From positions 46,810,001-46,874,000 of the forward strand of contig NC_086107.1 in NCBI RefSeq assembly GCF_963921235.1: DNA of 64,000 nt, written 5' to 3'. Origin of the DNA: Mobula hypostoma. Lineage: Eukaryota. Of the stretch, positions 14,101 to 26,100 are shown piece after piece (the first letter of the stretch is position 1; each line of letters begins with the position of its first letter). The notes under the pieces are model-generated. The model made no database searches and had not been told where the DNA came from. It worked only from the letters and a program-made list of their open reading frames with translations. The translations under genes and the position numbers were made by a program.

Positions 14101-17100
14101 ACTTTCCTTTTCCTCCATGAAGTGATGAATTCTGACTCTGGTGTCAAGAATCGTTCCCAGCATGCTTGCCAAACGTTTGTCTTTCAAACATATGTGACTT
14201 CTGCATTAACAAACAAACTCCTTTATCACTGTATGTTTCAGCTCTAGTGAATGGGAGGTAGGGAAGGAGTGTGGTTCAGACTTTAACTACTGACTTAGAA
14301 ATGCGTGTCAGTTTTGGTTTAAATTGTAATGTTCTTTAAGTTGCATATTTGGTTTAACCTATTTTTCTTCCTTTTTTATGTCTAGTTTCATTGCCAAAGA
14401 TCTCAGAAATTAAGGCGGATCCACCTTGCCCTGAAATAGGAAAGCCTGTAACACTTTCCTGCACGGCTTATGGATTTTTTCCAGAAGGAAATCATATATT
14501 CTGGTTCAAAGATAATAATAAAATTCAAGATGCCTCACAAGCAGGAATAGTCACTGAAGAAAGTACAGTGGATTCCAGTGGTTTTTACTCACGATCAGCC
14601 CATTGGACATTTAAACCAACGGCTCGTGATCATGGGAAAGAGTTCAAGATGCAATTCCTTCATTCTGAAACTTCAACCAAGCCTGTCACATCCAGTTACT
14701 GTCTTCAATTAAGAGGTGAATACCATTCTAACCAAGTCTGCAATCACATTGTACCATAAGAAGCAGGCTAAGCCATTTGGCTTCTCATGGCTGCTTTTCT
14801 ATTCAATACGATCATGCCAGGCTTTGTTTTTTTTTTATTGCAGTGTTATATCCCTGTACTGGCCCCACAGACTTTATTTTCCAATAGCTTTCAAATTCTG
14901 CCTTGAAGATGGCTTCATAGTTTCCTCACAGCTCTGAATGATGATTTTTTTTCTCATATCCAAACTGTTAAGACACTGATACCTTCTTCTCGGTATATCA
15001 GCCAATTGAAACATCAACTACACATTAATTCCTGTCCAGACAGATAAGAGTTTTGTACATTTCAATGAGATTGGCACTCTGTATTCTGATAAGACCACCA
15101 GTACATCATTTGCTGCTATCCCACAGAGCATAGCATCTTGGCCACAGTTACATATACTGAGTGCCTAGAACTGGCATCTCAGTGAGAATAGCACTGTGAT
15201 TGCCTCAGTGCACAGATCGGGTGCAGAGGAAGCCGTGGAGACAGTGTGCAGACTGTGCCTCTGATGGCTGGCACTGGAAAGTGCTGGATCAAGTAAGGTA
15301 ACTAACCAGTGCAATGGTGCAGGGCTTGGGTGCAGCCCATTGCTGGGGAGTAACAGAGGCTGGTAATGTTACAGATTTTCAGAAATAAAAGGACGAGAGC
15401 ACAATGTTCCCTCTAATTTGTATTGACCATTGTGTGCAAAAATCTTGCACTGCAATTTTGTTGCCCAGTGACAACAGCATTGAATTTTTAATTGGAAGTA
15501 AACCTGAAGCTATTCTAAGGATAATAAGCTACCAAGTCTTCTTTGTTATTTATTGTTTAAAAGAAATAAAATAATACACATCATTGAGTCAGAAACCAGA
15601 AAAGGGAATGTGATTATGTACGATGGTGAAATATACTTAACTTACCAACGTTGTAGTGGGTGACAATAATTTGTGCACAATTAAAATTCCTTTTTGCATT
15701 TGTAGCAAATGGTTATTGCTGGAATGTATGATTAATAACAAAGCAGTGAAGCTCTAATACGCCCGATGTCACTGAGAAAATTTCTCAATCATTGTGGAAA
15801 GGATTTCACTCAGCTGATGCTTTCTGCTGCAGAACAGCAGTTTAACGGGGCGGGGGAGGGATGGGTGTGGGAGGGGGTATCGCTGATGTTCAGATTTGAT
15901 GACAAATCCTCGGTGTGAACTGTGTAATTTTTAACTGGCACAGTTGGTGAAATGATTGAAACAATACTTTTACAGGAGGAGTTTAAATATCATAAAGAGT
16001 TGTAAGTATTGTGTAAAATGTTGGGGCCAGTTAGCATGCAAATAAGTAATTATGGTACTGGACATGTTTTACTTGAAATCCATTATTGGGTCAAAGTAGA
16101 ATTTTATATTGCAGATGAGACAAGCATTAGTATTTGGAATAGTGAACTTGAGCTGTTTTATACAAGCTGCCATTCCATTTCAACGCTCTGTCAGTCTGCT
16201 GCCTTCATTCCTTGGGTGCCCATATCCAATAAATTTCAATGCAGTTCTTTACATGATGACAAAATACACACAAAGAGCAAAATACAGATCTAATTAAGGT
16301 TTACAAAATTGGATTTTTTCTGTTATTTGTATGCCTCCTGATCATATGAATAAAGGTCAATGAGATGCTCATTTCCAGGTACATCGGCAGGTTATGGCGA
16401 ATGATAAGTAGTTGTAGAAGGATCATGTGCTTTTCCTTTCTGCTCAGTCAGTGGCCCACTCTTCAAGTATTCTAACATGGACTGGATTTCCATGGATGAT
16501 TCTGGTACCGGCTTCCACAGCTGAACATGCATGTATACCCTTCTGGAATCAGTTTTAAAACAAAATCACTTTCCTTTTCCTCCATGAAGTGATGAATTCT
16601 GACTCTGGTGTCAAGAATCGTTCCCAGCATGCTTGCCAAACGTTTGTCTTTCAAACATATGTGACTTCTGCATTAACAAACAAACTCCTTTATCACTGTA
16701 TGTTTCAGCTCTAGTGAATGGGAGGTAGGGAAGGAGTGTGGTTCAGACTTTAACTACTGACTTAGAAATGCGTGTCAGTTTTGGTTTAAATTGTAATGTT
16801 CTTTAAGTTGCATATTTGGTTTAACCTATTTTTCTTCCTTTTTTATGTCTAGTTTCATTGCCAAAGATCTCAGAAATTAAGGCGGATCCACCTTGCCCTG
16901 AAATAGGAAAGCCTGTAACACTTTCCTGCACGGCTTATGGATTTTTTCCAGAAGGAAATCATATATTCTGGTTCAAAGATAATAATAAAATTCAAGATGC
17001 CTCACAAGCAGGAATAGTCACTGAAGAAAGTACAGTGGATTCCAGTGGTTTTTACTCACGATCAGCCCATTGGACATTTAAACCAACGGCTCGTGATCAT

Positions 17101-20100
17101 GGGAAAGAGTTCAAGATGCAATTCCTTCATTCTGAAACTTCAACCAAGCCTGTCACATCCAGTTACTGTCTTCAATTAAGAGGTGAATACCATTCTAACC
17201 AAGTCTGCAATCACATTGTACCATAAGAAGCAGGCTAAGCCATTTGGCTTCTCATGGCTGCTTTTCTATTCAATACGATCATGCCAGGCTTTGTTTTTTT
17301 TTTATTGCAGTGTTATATCCCTGTACTGGCCCCACAGACTTTATTTTCCAATAGCTTTCAAATTCTGCCTTGAAGATGGCTTCATAGTTTCCTCACAGCT
17401 CTGAATGATGATTTTTTTTCTCATATCCAAACTGTTAAGACACTGATACCTTCTTCTCGGTATATCAGCCAATTGAAACATCAACTACACATTAATTCCT
17501 GTCCAGACAGATAAGAGTTTTATACATTTCAATGAGATTGGCACTCTGTATTCTGATAAGACCACCAGTACATCATTTGCTGCTATCCCACAGAGCATAG
17601 CATCTTGGCCACAGTTACATATACTGAGTGCCTAGAACTGGCATCTCAGTGAGAATAGCACTGTGATTGCCTCAGTGCACAGATCGGGTGCAGAGGAAGC
17701 CGTGGAGACAGTGTGCAGACTGTGCCTCTGATGGCTGGCACTGGAAAGTGCTGGATCAAGTAAGGTAACTAACCAGTGCAATGGTGCAGGGCTTGGGTGC
17801 AGCCCATTGCTGGGGAGTAACAGAGGCTGGTAATGTTACAGATTTTCAGAAATAAAAGGACGAGAGCACAATGTTCCCTCTAATTTGTATTGACCATTGT
17901 GCGCAAAAATCTTGCACTGCAATTTTGTTGCCCAGTGACAACAGCATTGAATTTTTAATTGGAAGTAAACCTGAAGCTATTCTAAGGATAATAAGCTACC
18001 AAGTCTTCTTTGTTATTTATTGTTTAAAAGAAATAAAATAATACACATCATTGAGTCAGAAACCAGAAAAGGGAATGTGATTATGTACGATGGTGAAATA
18101 TACTTAACTTACCAACGTTGTAGTGGGTGACAATAATTTGTGCACAATTAAAATTCCTTTTTGCATTTGTAGCAAATGGTTATTGCTGGAATGTATGATT
18201 AATAACAAAGCAGTGAAGCTCTAATACGCCCGATGTCACTGAGAAAATTTCTCAATCATTGTGGAAAGGATTTCACTCAGCTGATGCTTTCTGCTGCAGA
18301 ACAGCAGTTTAACGGGGCGGGGGAGGGATGGGTGTGGGAGGGGGTATCGCTGATGTTCAGATTTGATGACAAATCCTCGGTGTGAACTGTGTAATTTTTA
18401 ACTGGCACAGTTGGTGAAATGATTGAAACAATACTTTTACAGGAGGAGTTTAAATATCATAAAGAGTTGTAAGTATTGTGTAAAATGTTGGGGCCAGTTA
18501 GCATGCAAATAAGTAATTATGGTACTGGACATGTTTTACTTGAAATCCATTATTGGGTCAAAGTAGAATTTTATATTGCAGATGAGACAAGCATTAGTAT
18601 TTGGAATAGTGAACTTGAGCTGTTTTATACAAGCTGCCATTCCATTTCAACGCTCTGTCAGTCTGCTGCCTTCATTCCTTGGGTGCCCATATCCAATAAA
18701 TTTCAATGCAGTTCTTTACATGATGACAAAATACACACAAAGAGCAAAATACAGATCTAATTAAGGTTTACAAAATTGGATTTTTTCTGTTATTTGTATG
18801 CCTCCTGATCATATGAATAAAGGTCAATGAGATGCTCATTTCCAGGTACATCGGCAGGTTATGGCGAATGATAAGTAGTTGTAGAAGGATCATGTGCTTT
18901 TCCTTTCTGCTCAGTCAGTGGCCCACTCTTCAAGTATTCTAACATGGACTGGATTTCCATGGATGATTCTGGTACCGGCTTCCACAGCTGAACATGCATG
19001 TATACCCTTCTGGAATCAGTTTTAAAACAAAATCACTTTCCTTTTCCTCCATGAAGTGATGAATTCTGACTCTGGTGTCAAGAATCGTTCCCAGCATGCT
19101 TGCCAAACGTTTGTCTTTCAAACATATGTGACTTCTGCATTAACAAACAAACTCCTTTATCACTGTATGTTTCAGCTCTAGTGAATGGGAGGTAGGGAAG
19201 GAGTGTGGTTCAGACTTTAACTACTGACTTAGAAATGCGTGTCAGTTTTGGTTTAAATTGTAATGTTCTTTAAGTTGCATATTTGGTTTAACCTATTTTT
19301 CTTCCTTTTTTATGTCTAGTTTCATTGCCAAAGATCTCAGAAATTAAGGCGGATCCACCTTGCCCTGAAATAGGAAAGCCTGTAACACTTTCCTGCACGG
19401 CTTATGGATTTTTTCCAGAAGGAAATCATATATTCTGGTTCAAAGATAATAATAAAATTCAAGATGCCTCACAAGCAGGAATAGTCACTGAAGAAAGTAC
19501 AGTGGATTCCAGTGGTTTTTACTCACGATCAGCCCATTGGACATTTAAACCAACGGCTCGTGATCATGGGAAAGAGTTCAAGATGCAATTCCTTCATTCT
19601 GAAACTTCAACCAAGCCTGTCACATCCAGTTACTGTCTTCAATTAAGAGGTGAATACCATTCTAACCAAGTCTGCAATCACATTGTACCATAAGAAGCAG
19701 GCTAAGCCATTTGGCTTCTCATGGCTGCTTTTCTATTCAATACGATCATGCCAGGCTTTGTTTTTTTTTTATTGCAGTGTTATATCCCTGTACTGGCCCC
19801 ACAGACTTTATTTTCCAATAGCTTTCAAATTCTGCCTTGAAGATGGCTTCATAGTTTCCTCACAGCTCTGAATGATGATTTTTTTTCTCATATCCAAACT
19901 GTTAAGACACTGATACCTTCTTCTCGGTATATCAGCCAATTGAAACATCAACTACACATTAATTCCTGTCCAGACAGATAAGAGTTTTGTACATTTCAAT
20001 GAGATTGGCACTCTGTATTCTGATAAGACCACCAGTACATCATTTGCTGCTATCCCACAGAGCATAGCATCTTGGCCACAGTTACATATACTGAGTGCCT

Positions 20101-23100
20101 AGAACTGGCATCTCAGTGAGAATAGCACTGTGATTGCCTCAGTGCACAGATCGGGTGCAGAGGAAGCCGTGGAGACAGTGTGCAGACTGTGCCTCTGATG
20201 GCTGGCACTGGAAAGTGCTGGATCAAGTAAGGTAACTAACCAGTGCAATGGTGCAGGGCTTGGGTGTAGCCCATTGCTGGGGAGTAACAGAGGCTGGTAA
20301 TGTTACAGATTTTCAGAAATAAAAGGACTAGAACACAATGTTCCCTCTAATTCGTAATGACCATTCTGTTGAAAAATCTTGCGCGGTGCAATTTTTTTGC
20401 CCAGTGACATCAGCATGGAATTTTTAAGTGGAAGTAAACCTGAAGCTATTCTAAGGATAATAAGCTACCAAGTCTTCTTTGTTATTTATTGTTTAAAAGA
20501 AATAAAATAATACACATCAGTGAGTCAGAAACCAGAAAAGGGAATGTGATTATGTACGATGGTGAGATATACTTAACTTACCAACGAGGTAGAGTGTGAA
20601 AATAATTTCTGCGCAATTAAAATTCCTTTGTGCGCTAATAACAAATGATTATTAGAGGGTTCTTTGCTGGAATATATGGTTAATCACAAAGCAGTGAAGC
20701 ACCAATACGCCCGATGTCACTGAGAAAATCTTCTGAAAAGGATTTCTCACAGCTGATGCTTTCTGCTTCAGGACAGCAGTTTAACGGGGTGGGGAAGGAT
20801 GGGTGTGGGAGGGGGTATCGCTGATGTTTAGCAGCTGTGTGATCAGATTTGATGACAAATCCTCGGTGTGAAATGTGTAATTTTTAACTGGCACAGTTGG
20901 TGAAATGATTGGAACAATAATTTTACTGGAGGAGTTGAGTTGAAAGTATTGTGTAAAATGTTGGGGCCAGTTAGCATGCAAATAAGTAATTATGGTGCTG
21001 GACATGTTTTACTTGAAATCCATTATTAGGTCAAAGTAGAATTTTATATTGCAGATGAGACAAGCATTAGTATTTGGAATAGTGAATTTGAGCTGTTGTA
21101 TACAAGCTGCCCGTCCATTTCAACGCTCTTTCAGTCTGCTGCCTTCATTCCTTGGGTGCCCATATCCAATAAATTTCAACGCAGTTCTTTACATGATGAC
21201 AAAATACACGCAAAGAGCAAAATACAGATCTGATTAAGCTTTACAAAATTAAATTTTTTCTGTTATTTGTATGCCTCCTGATCAGATGAATACAGATCAA
21301 GTAGATGCTCATTTCCAGATACGTCGGCAGGTTGTGGCGAACGTTGAGTAGTTGTAGAAGGATCATGTGCTTTTCCTTTCAGCTCAGTTAGTGGCCCACT
21401 TTTCAAGTATTCTAACATGGACTGGATTTCCATGGATGATTCTGGTACCAGCTTCCATGGCTGAACGTGCATGTATACCCTTCAGGAATCAATTTTAAAA
21501 CAAAATCACTTTCCTTTTCTTCCATGAATTGATGAATCCTGATTCTGGTGTCAAGAAACTTTCCCAGCATGTTGGCCACACGTTTGTCTTTCAAACATAT
21601 GTGACTTCCGCATTAACAAACAAACTCCTTTATCACTGTATGTTTCAGCTGTAGTGAATGGGAGGTAGGGAATGTGTGGTTCTGATACTGGAATGCTGAC
21701 ATGGCAAGACAGGTGAACTGGCCTGTGGTCCTCTGTATTGAGAATACCTAGAAAGAAGAAGGATAGTCCAAATGAGTGGATATGATATTTTTAATGTCGC
21801 TTTGAGAACATGACATGACGGGTAGATAGGTGAATAAGAAGACATATTTGGCATGCTGGCCTTCAGCAGGACATTGGATGTGAGAGGAAGGGGCATTGCA
21901 TTACAGTCATACAAGATGTTGTTAGTGCCGCACATGGAATATGCAGCTGGACACCACGACAATCGTACACGATGACAACAGGATGAATTTGAAGGCAAAG
22001 CATGACATCAGTGAAGTGGAGCATGAAGACAAAACTTACAACATTGTTAGTGTATTAGTTATTGTGCCAAATATACAGCAAGACCAGAACTTGCAGTACT
22101 TATGTAGCATACTGCACCACTCCACTAACGACAAGCAAGAGAAAGAAATAACCCTAAGAATTACAGGTATACTATTATCTAAGCCTTGCAACAAGAAAGG
22201 ATCCAGAATGCTTATTTCATTTGGAGGCTCCTCTAATGAATGCATTGTCTCGATGCCATATTTCTCTTACTGTTACAAGGTAGTAATAATGTCACAAGGG
22301 AAAAAATTTGAGATAATTTAAGAATATAACAAGCTAAATCAATAGGGTCGGATTGTACTGAAATTAATAAAGTAATTATATCTTTTGTCTTTTTCCAAAG
22401 TTTTCAAAGCTATAAGTAATTACTTACAGAAAGTGCAATATCTAGTCCCCAACTTTTGAAAATCTGCTCATGTTTCCAGCTCCACTGGGTAGCTGGTGAA
22501 GTGAGTAAGTAACACGTTTTTAGAAGAAGATTACTTTTTTGTTTCTGAACTTGTTTTTTCTACAATCAATTTGAAATTCTTTTTCGATCTTTTTATTAAT
22601 TTCATAGAATGAAAACATAACATAGCAATAATACAAATAGTAGGAGATACATTGTTACAGTTAAAATAAATAATTGTAAGACCAAATAGTGTAAATTGAC
22701 AAAACTCCCAATTGTGTAGAATAGGAATGAATAATACAAAGCAAAAAAAAACTGGAAAAAAAACATGAAAAAGAAAAAAAACTAAATTAAAACCCTATCC
22801 CAAAAAAAAAACTAAACAGAATTAGTCAACTAAACTAAAGACTTGGGCAGTACTAACAACTTAAAAATGGTAAAGAAGAAAGCCTTAGTGTCGACAACTC
22901 CGCACCTCTGAACCAGCAGTACAGAGAGATAAAACAAGTTTGGAAATGGTCAACTTACATCAAATGAAAATGCTGAATAAATGGCCTCTAAGTTTTTTCA
23001 AATTTATTGGAAGGGTCATAAACCGCACTTCTAATTTTTTACAAGTTCAAACACACCATAGCTTGTGAAAACCAATGGAATACAGTAGGAGGGTTCATCT

Positions 23101-26100
23101 CTTTCCAATACAGCAAAATAGATTTCTAGCCATTAGAGTAAGAAATGCAATCATCCTACATGCTGAAGAGGTTAAATAACTTGAATCTATCATTGGTGAT
23201 CCAAAGATAGCAGTAATTGGGTGAGGTAATAAGTCATAAATTCATAAAGGATGGATGTCTAATGATAACTGTTGGTACTAGGACATACCTTGTAATTTTT
23301 TGGCATCCATTTACTAAGACAGCAAACGAAGTGTCACAAATCCTACAGGCTAATTGTATTACTGCAAAGGAAGGTGAACATGGTGGATTTGATTGAACAG
23401 AGAATTCCTTAGAAAAGGAAAGTAAATTAAAATGGGTGAATTCATTGATTTGTAGGTAAAGAAATAAAAGTTAATACATAGATATAGTTAAGAGGAAAAA
23501 GTATAAAACTTTAAATTGCTATTGATTGTAAAAACTAAAACTATTTGAACAAAACTAGCCACCTTATGACTATACTTATCAAGGATGTTTGACAGTATTT
23601 CACACAATTAAAAGGATAAAGGATAGTTTAAAGAACTCTCCTGAATAATTCTATTTTTTAATTAAAATGTTAGCATTCCAACAAAAGACAGATTCAAATA
23701 ACCAGTGCTTCCAACTACCAAGTGAAATATATAAACAATGTAAAATGACTGTCCTGATGATGAAAGCTAATTGCTTAACAAGAGAATAATGAGCAATCAA
23801 CAACAGCTGAGAACCCACAAGAAAGCAGTGAGATCCAGTAATTAGAAATAAAATAATAATCCAAATCAGGAAAGACATGACAATAGTTTTTTTCATTGCT
23901 TTTAATAGTTTTCAGTCTTTAACTACTTACTAAGAAATGCTTGTCAGTTTTGGTTTAAATTGTAATGTTCTTTAAGTTGCATATTTGGTTTAAAGTATTT
24001 TTCTTCCTTTTTTATGTCTAGTTTCATTGCCAAAGATCTCAGAAATTAAGGCGGATCCACCTTGCCCTGAAATAGGAAAGCCTGTAACACTTTCCTGCAC
24101 GGCTTATGGATTTTTTCCAGAAGGAAATCATATATTCTGGTTCAAAGATAATAATAAAATTCAAGATGCCTCACAAGCAGGAATAGTCACTGAAGAAAGT
24201 ACAGTGGATTCCAGTGGTTTTTACTCACGATCATCCCATTGGACATTTAACCCAACTGCTCGTGATCATGGGAAAGAGTTCAAGATGCAAATCCTTCATT
24301 CTGAAACTTCAAGCAAGTCTGTCACATCCAGTTACTGTCTGCAATTAAGAGGTGAATACCCATTCTAACCGAGTCTGCAATCACATTGTACCATAAGAAG
24401 TAGGCTAAGCCATTTGGCTTCTCATGGCTGCTTTTCTAATCAATAAGATCATGCCAGGCTTTGTTTTTTTTATTGCAGTGTTATATCCCTATACTGGCCC
24501 CACAGACTTTATTTTCCAATATCTTTCAATTTCTGCCTTGAAGATGGCTTCATAGCTTCCTTACAGCTCTGAATGATGAAATTTTTTTCTCATATCCAAA
24601 CTGCATATCCAAGGCACTGATACCTTGTTCTCGGTATATCAGTCAGTTGAAACATCAACTGCACATTAATCCCTGTCCAAACAGATAAGAGTTTTGTACG
24701 TTTCAATAAGATTGACACTCTGCATTCTGATAAGACCACCAGTATATCATTTGCTGCTATCCCACAGAGCATAGCATCTTGGCCACAGTTTCATATAGTG
24801 AGTGCTTAGAATTGGCATCTCAGTGAGAATAGCACTGTGATCGCCTCAGTGCACAGATCGGGTGCAGAGGAAACCATGGAGACAGTGTGCAGACTGTGCC
24901 TCTGATGGCTGGCGCTGGAAAGTGCTGGATCAAGTAAGGTAACTAACCAGTGCAATGGTGCAGGGCTTGGGTGTAGCCCATTGCTGGGGAGTAACAGAGG
25001 CTGGTAATGTTACAGATTTTCAGAAATAAAAGGACTAGAACACAATGTTCCCTCTAATTTGTAATGACCATTGTGTGCAAAAATCTTGCACTGCAATTTT
25101 GTTGCCAGTGACAACAGCACTGAATTTTTAAGTGGAAGTAAACCTGAAGCTATTCTAAGGATAATAAGCTACCAAGTCTTCTTTGTTATTTATTGTTTAA
25201 AAGAAATAAAATAATACACATCATTGAGTCAGAAACCAGAAAAGGGAATGTGATTATGTACGATGGTAAAATATACTTAACTTACCAACTTAGGTAGAGG
25301 GTGACAATAATTTGTGCGCAGTTAAAATTCCTTTGTGTGCTAGTGGCAAATGATTATTAGAGGGTTCTTTGCTGGAATGTATAGTTAATAACAAAGCAGT
25401 GAAGCACCAATACACCCGATTTCACTGAGAAAATCTTCCAATCATTGTGGAATGGATTTCTCTCAGCTGATGCTTTCTGCTGCAGAACAGCTTTTAATGG
25501 GGGGGTGGGGGAGAGTATGGGAGGGGGTATCGCTGATGTTTAGCAGCTGTGTGATCAGACTTGATGACAAATCTTCAGTGTGAAATGTGTAATTTTTAAC
25601 TGGCACAGTTGGTGAAATGATTGGAACAATACTTTGACAGGAGTTTAAATATCATAAAGAGTTGAAAGTATTCTGTAAAATGTTGCGGCCCGTTAGCATG
25701 CAATAAGTAATCATGGTACTGGACATGTTTTACTTGAAATCCATTATTGTGTCAAAGTAGAATTTTATATTGCAGATGAGACAAGCATTAGTATTTGGAA
25801 TAGTGAACTTGAGCTGTTGTATACAAGCTGCCATTCCACTTCAACGCTCTGTCAGTCTGCAGCCTTCATTCCTTGGGTGCCCATATCCAAAAAATTATAA
25901 CACAGTTCTTTACACTATGCCATGAATAAATAATTCTAAGTGGTTGGAGTTGTTTAACATATGGTTGGATGATATAATTAATGTTTGAAATTTACAAGAG
26001 CCAATTTGATTTGACAAATATGAGGTTTTCTTAAACCACTTTCTTTTTTACCTACAGACCATACCTCTAAGAAAGATGGCAGCAGTAAAGAAAAAGAGGA

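Larger units (their letters stand above)
9391..21683 (+). repeat. Tandem array of five ~2.42-2.47 kb units, each with one C1 exon
   Basis: Identical ORFs recur at exactly 2467 bp (11924, 14391, 16858, 19325). Unit 1 is ~45 bp shorter and more divergent; unit 5 diverges in its 3' half. Confidence 0.97.
21942..25910 (+). repeat. Segmental duplicate of ~7432-11325
   Basis: Colinear copy of half of exon B, the L1-containing intron, exon C and the downstream intron; offset 14510-14525. Confidence 0.9.

Noticed and set aside
9391-21683. CRISPR-like or satellite array
   Set aside because: The period is 2467 bp with exon content and no repeat-spacer structure; the sequence is eukaryotic.
1778-24351. 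Immunoglobulin, IgNAR/IgW or TCR locus (V followed by many C1 exons)
   Set aside because: The V exon is complete with its own G strand and splice donor, no RSS, D or J segments were seen, and the TM exon precedes the C1 array. Motifs fit B7-H6 better.
7520-24351. Tyr motifs (KTYSIV, SSYCLQL) as ITIM/ITSM
   Set aside because: They do not match the consensus at -2 or +3 and lie within predicted beta strands.
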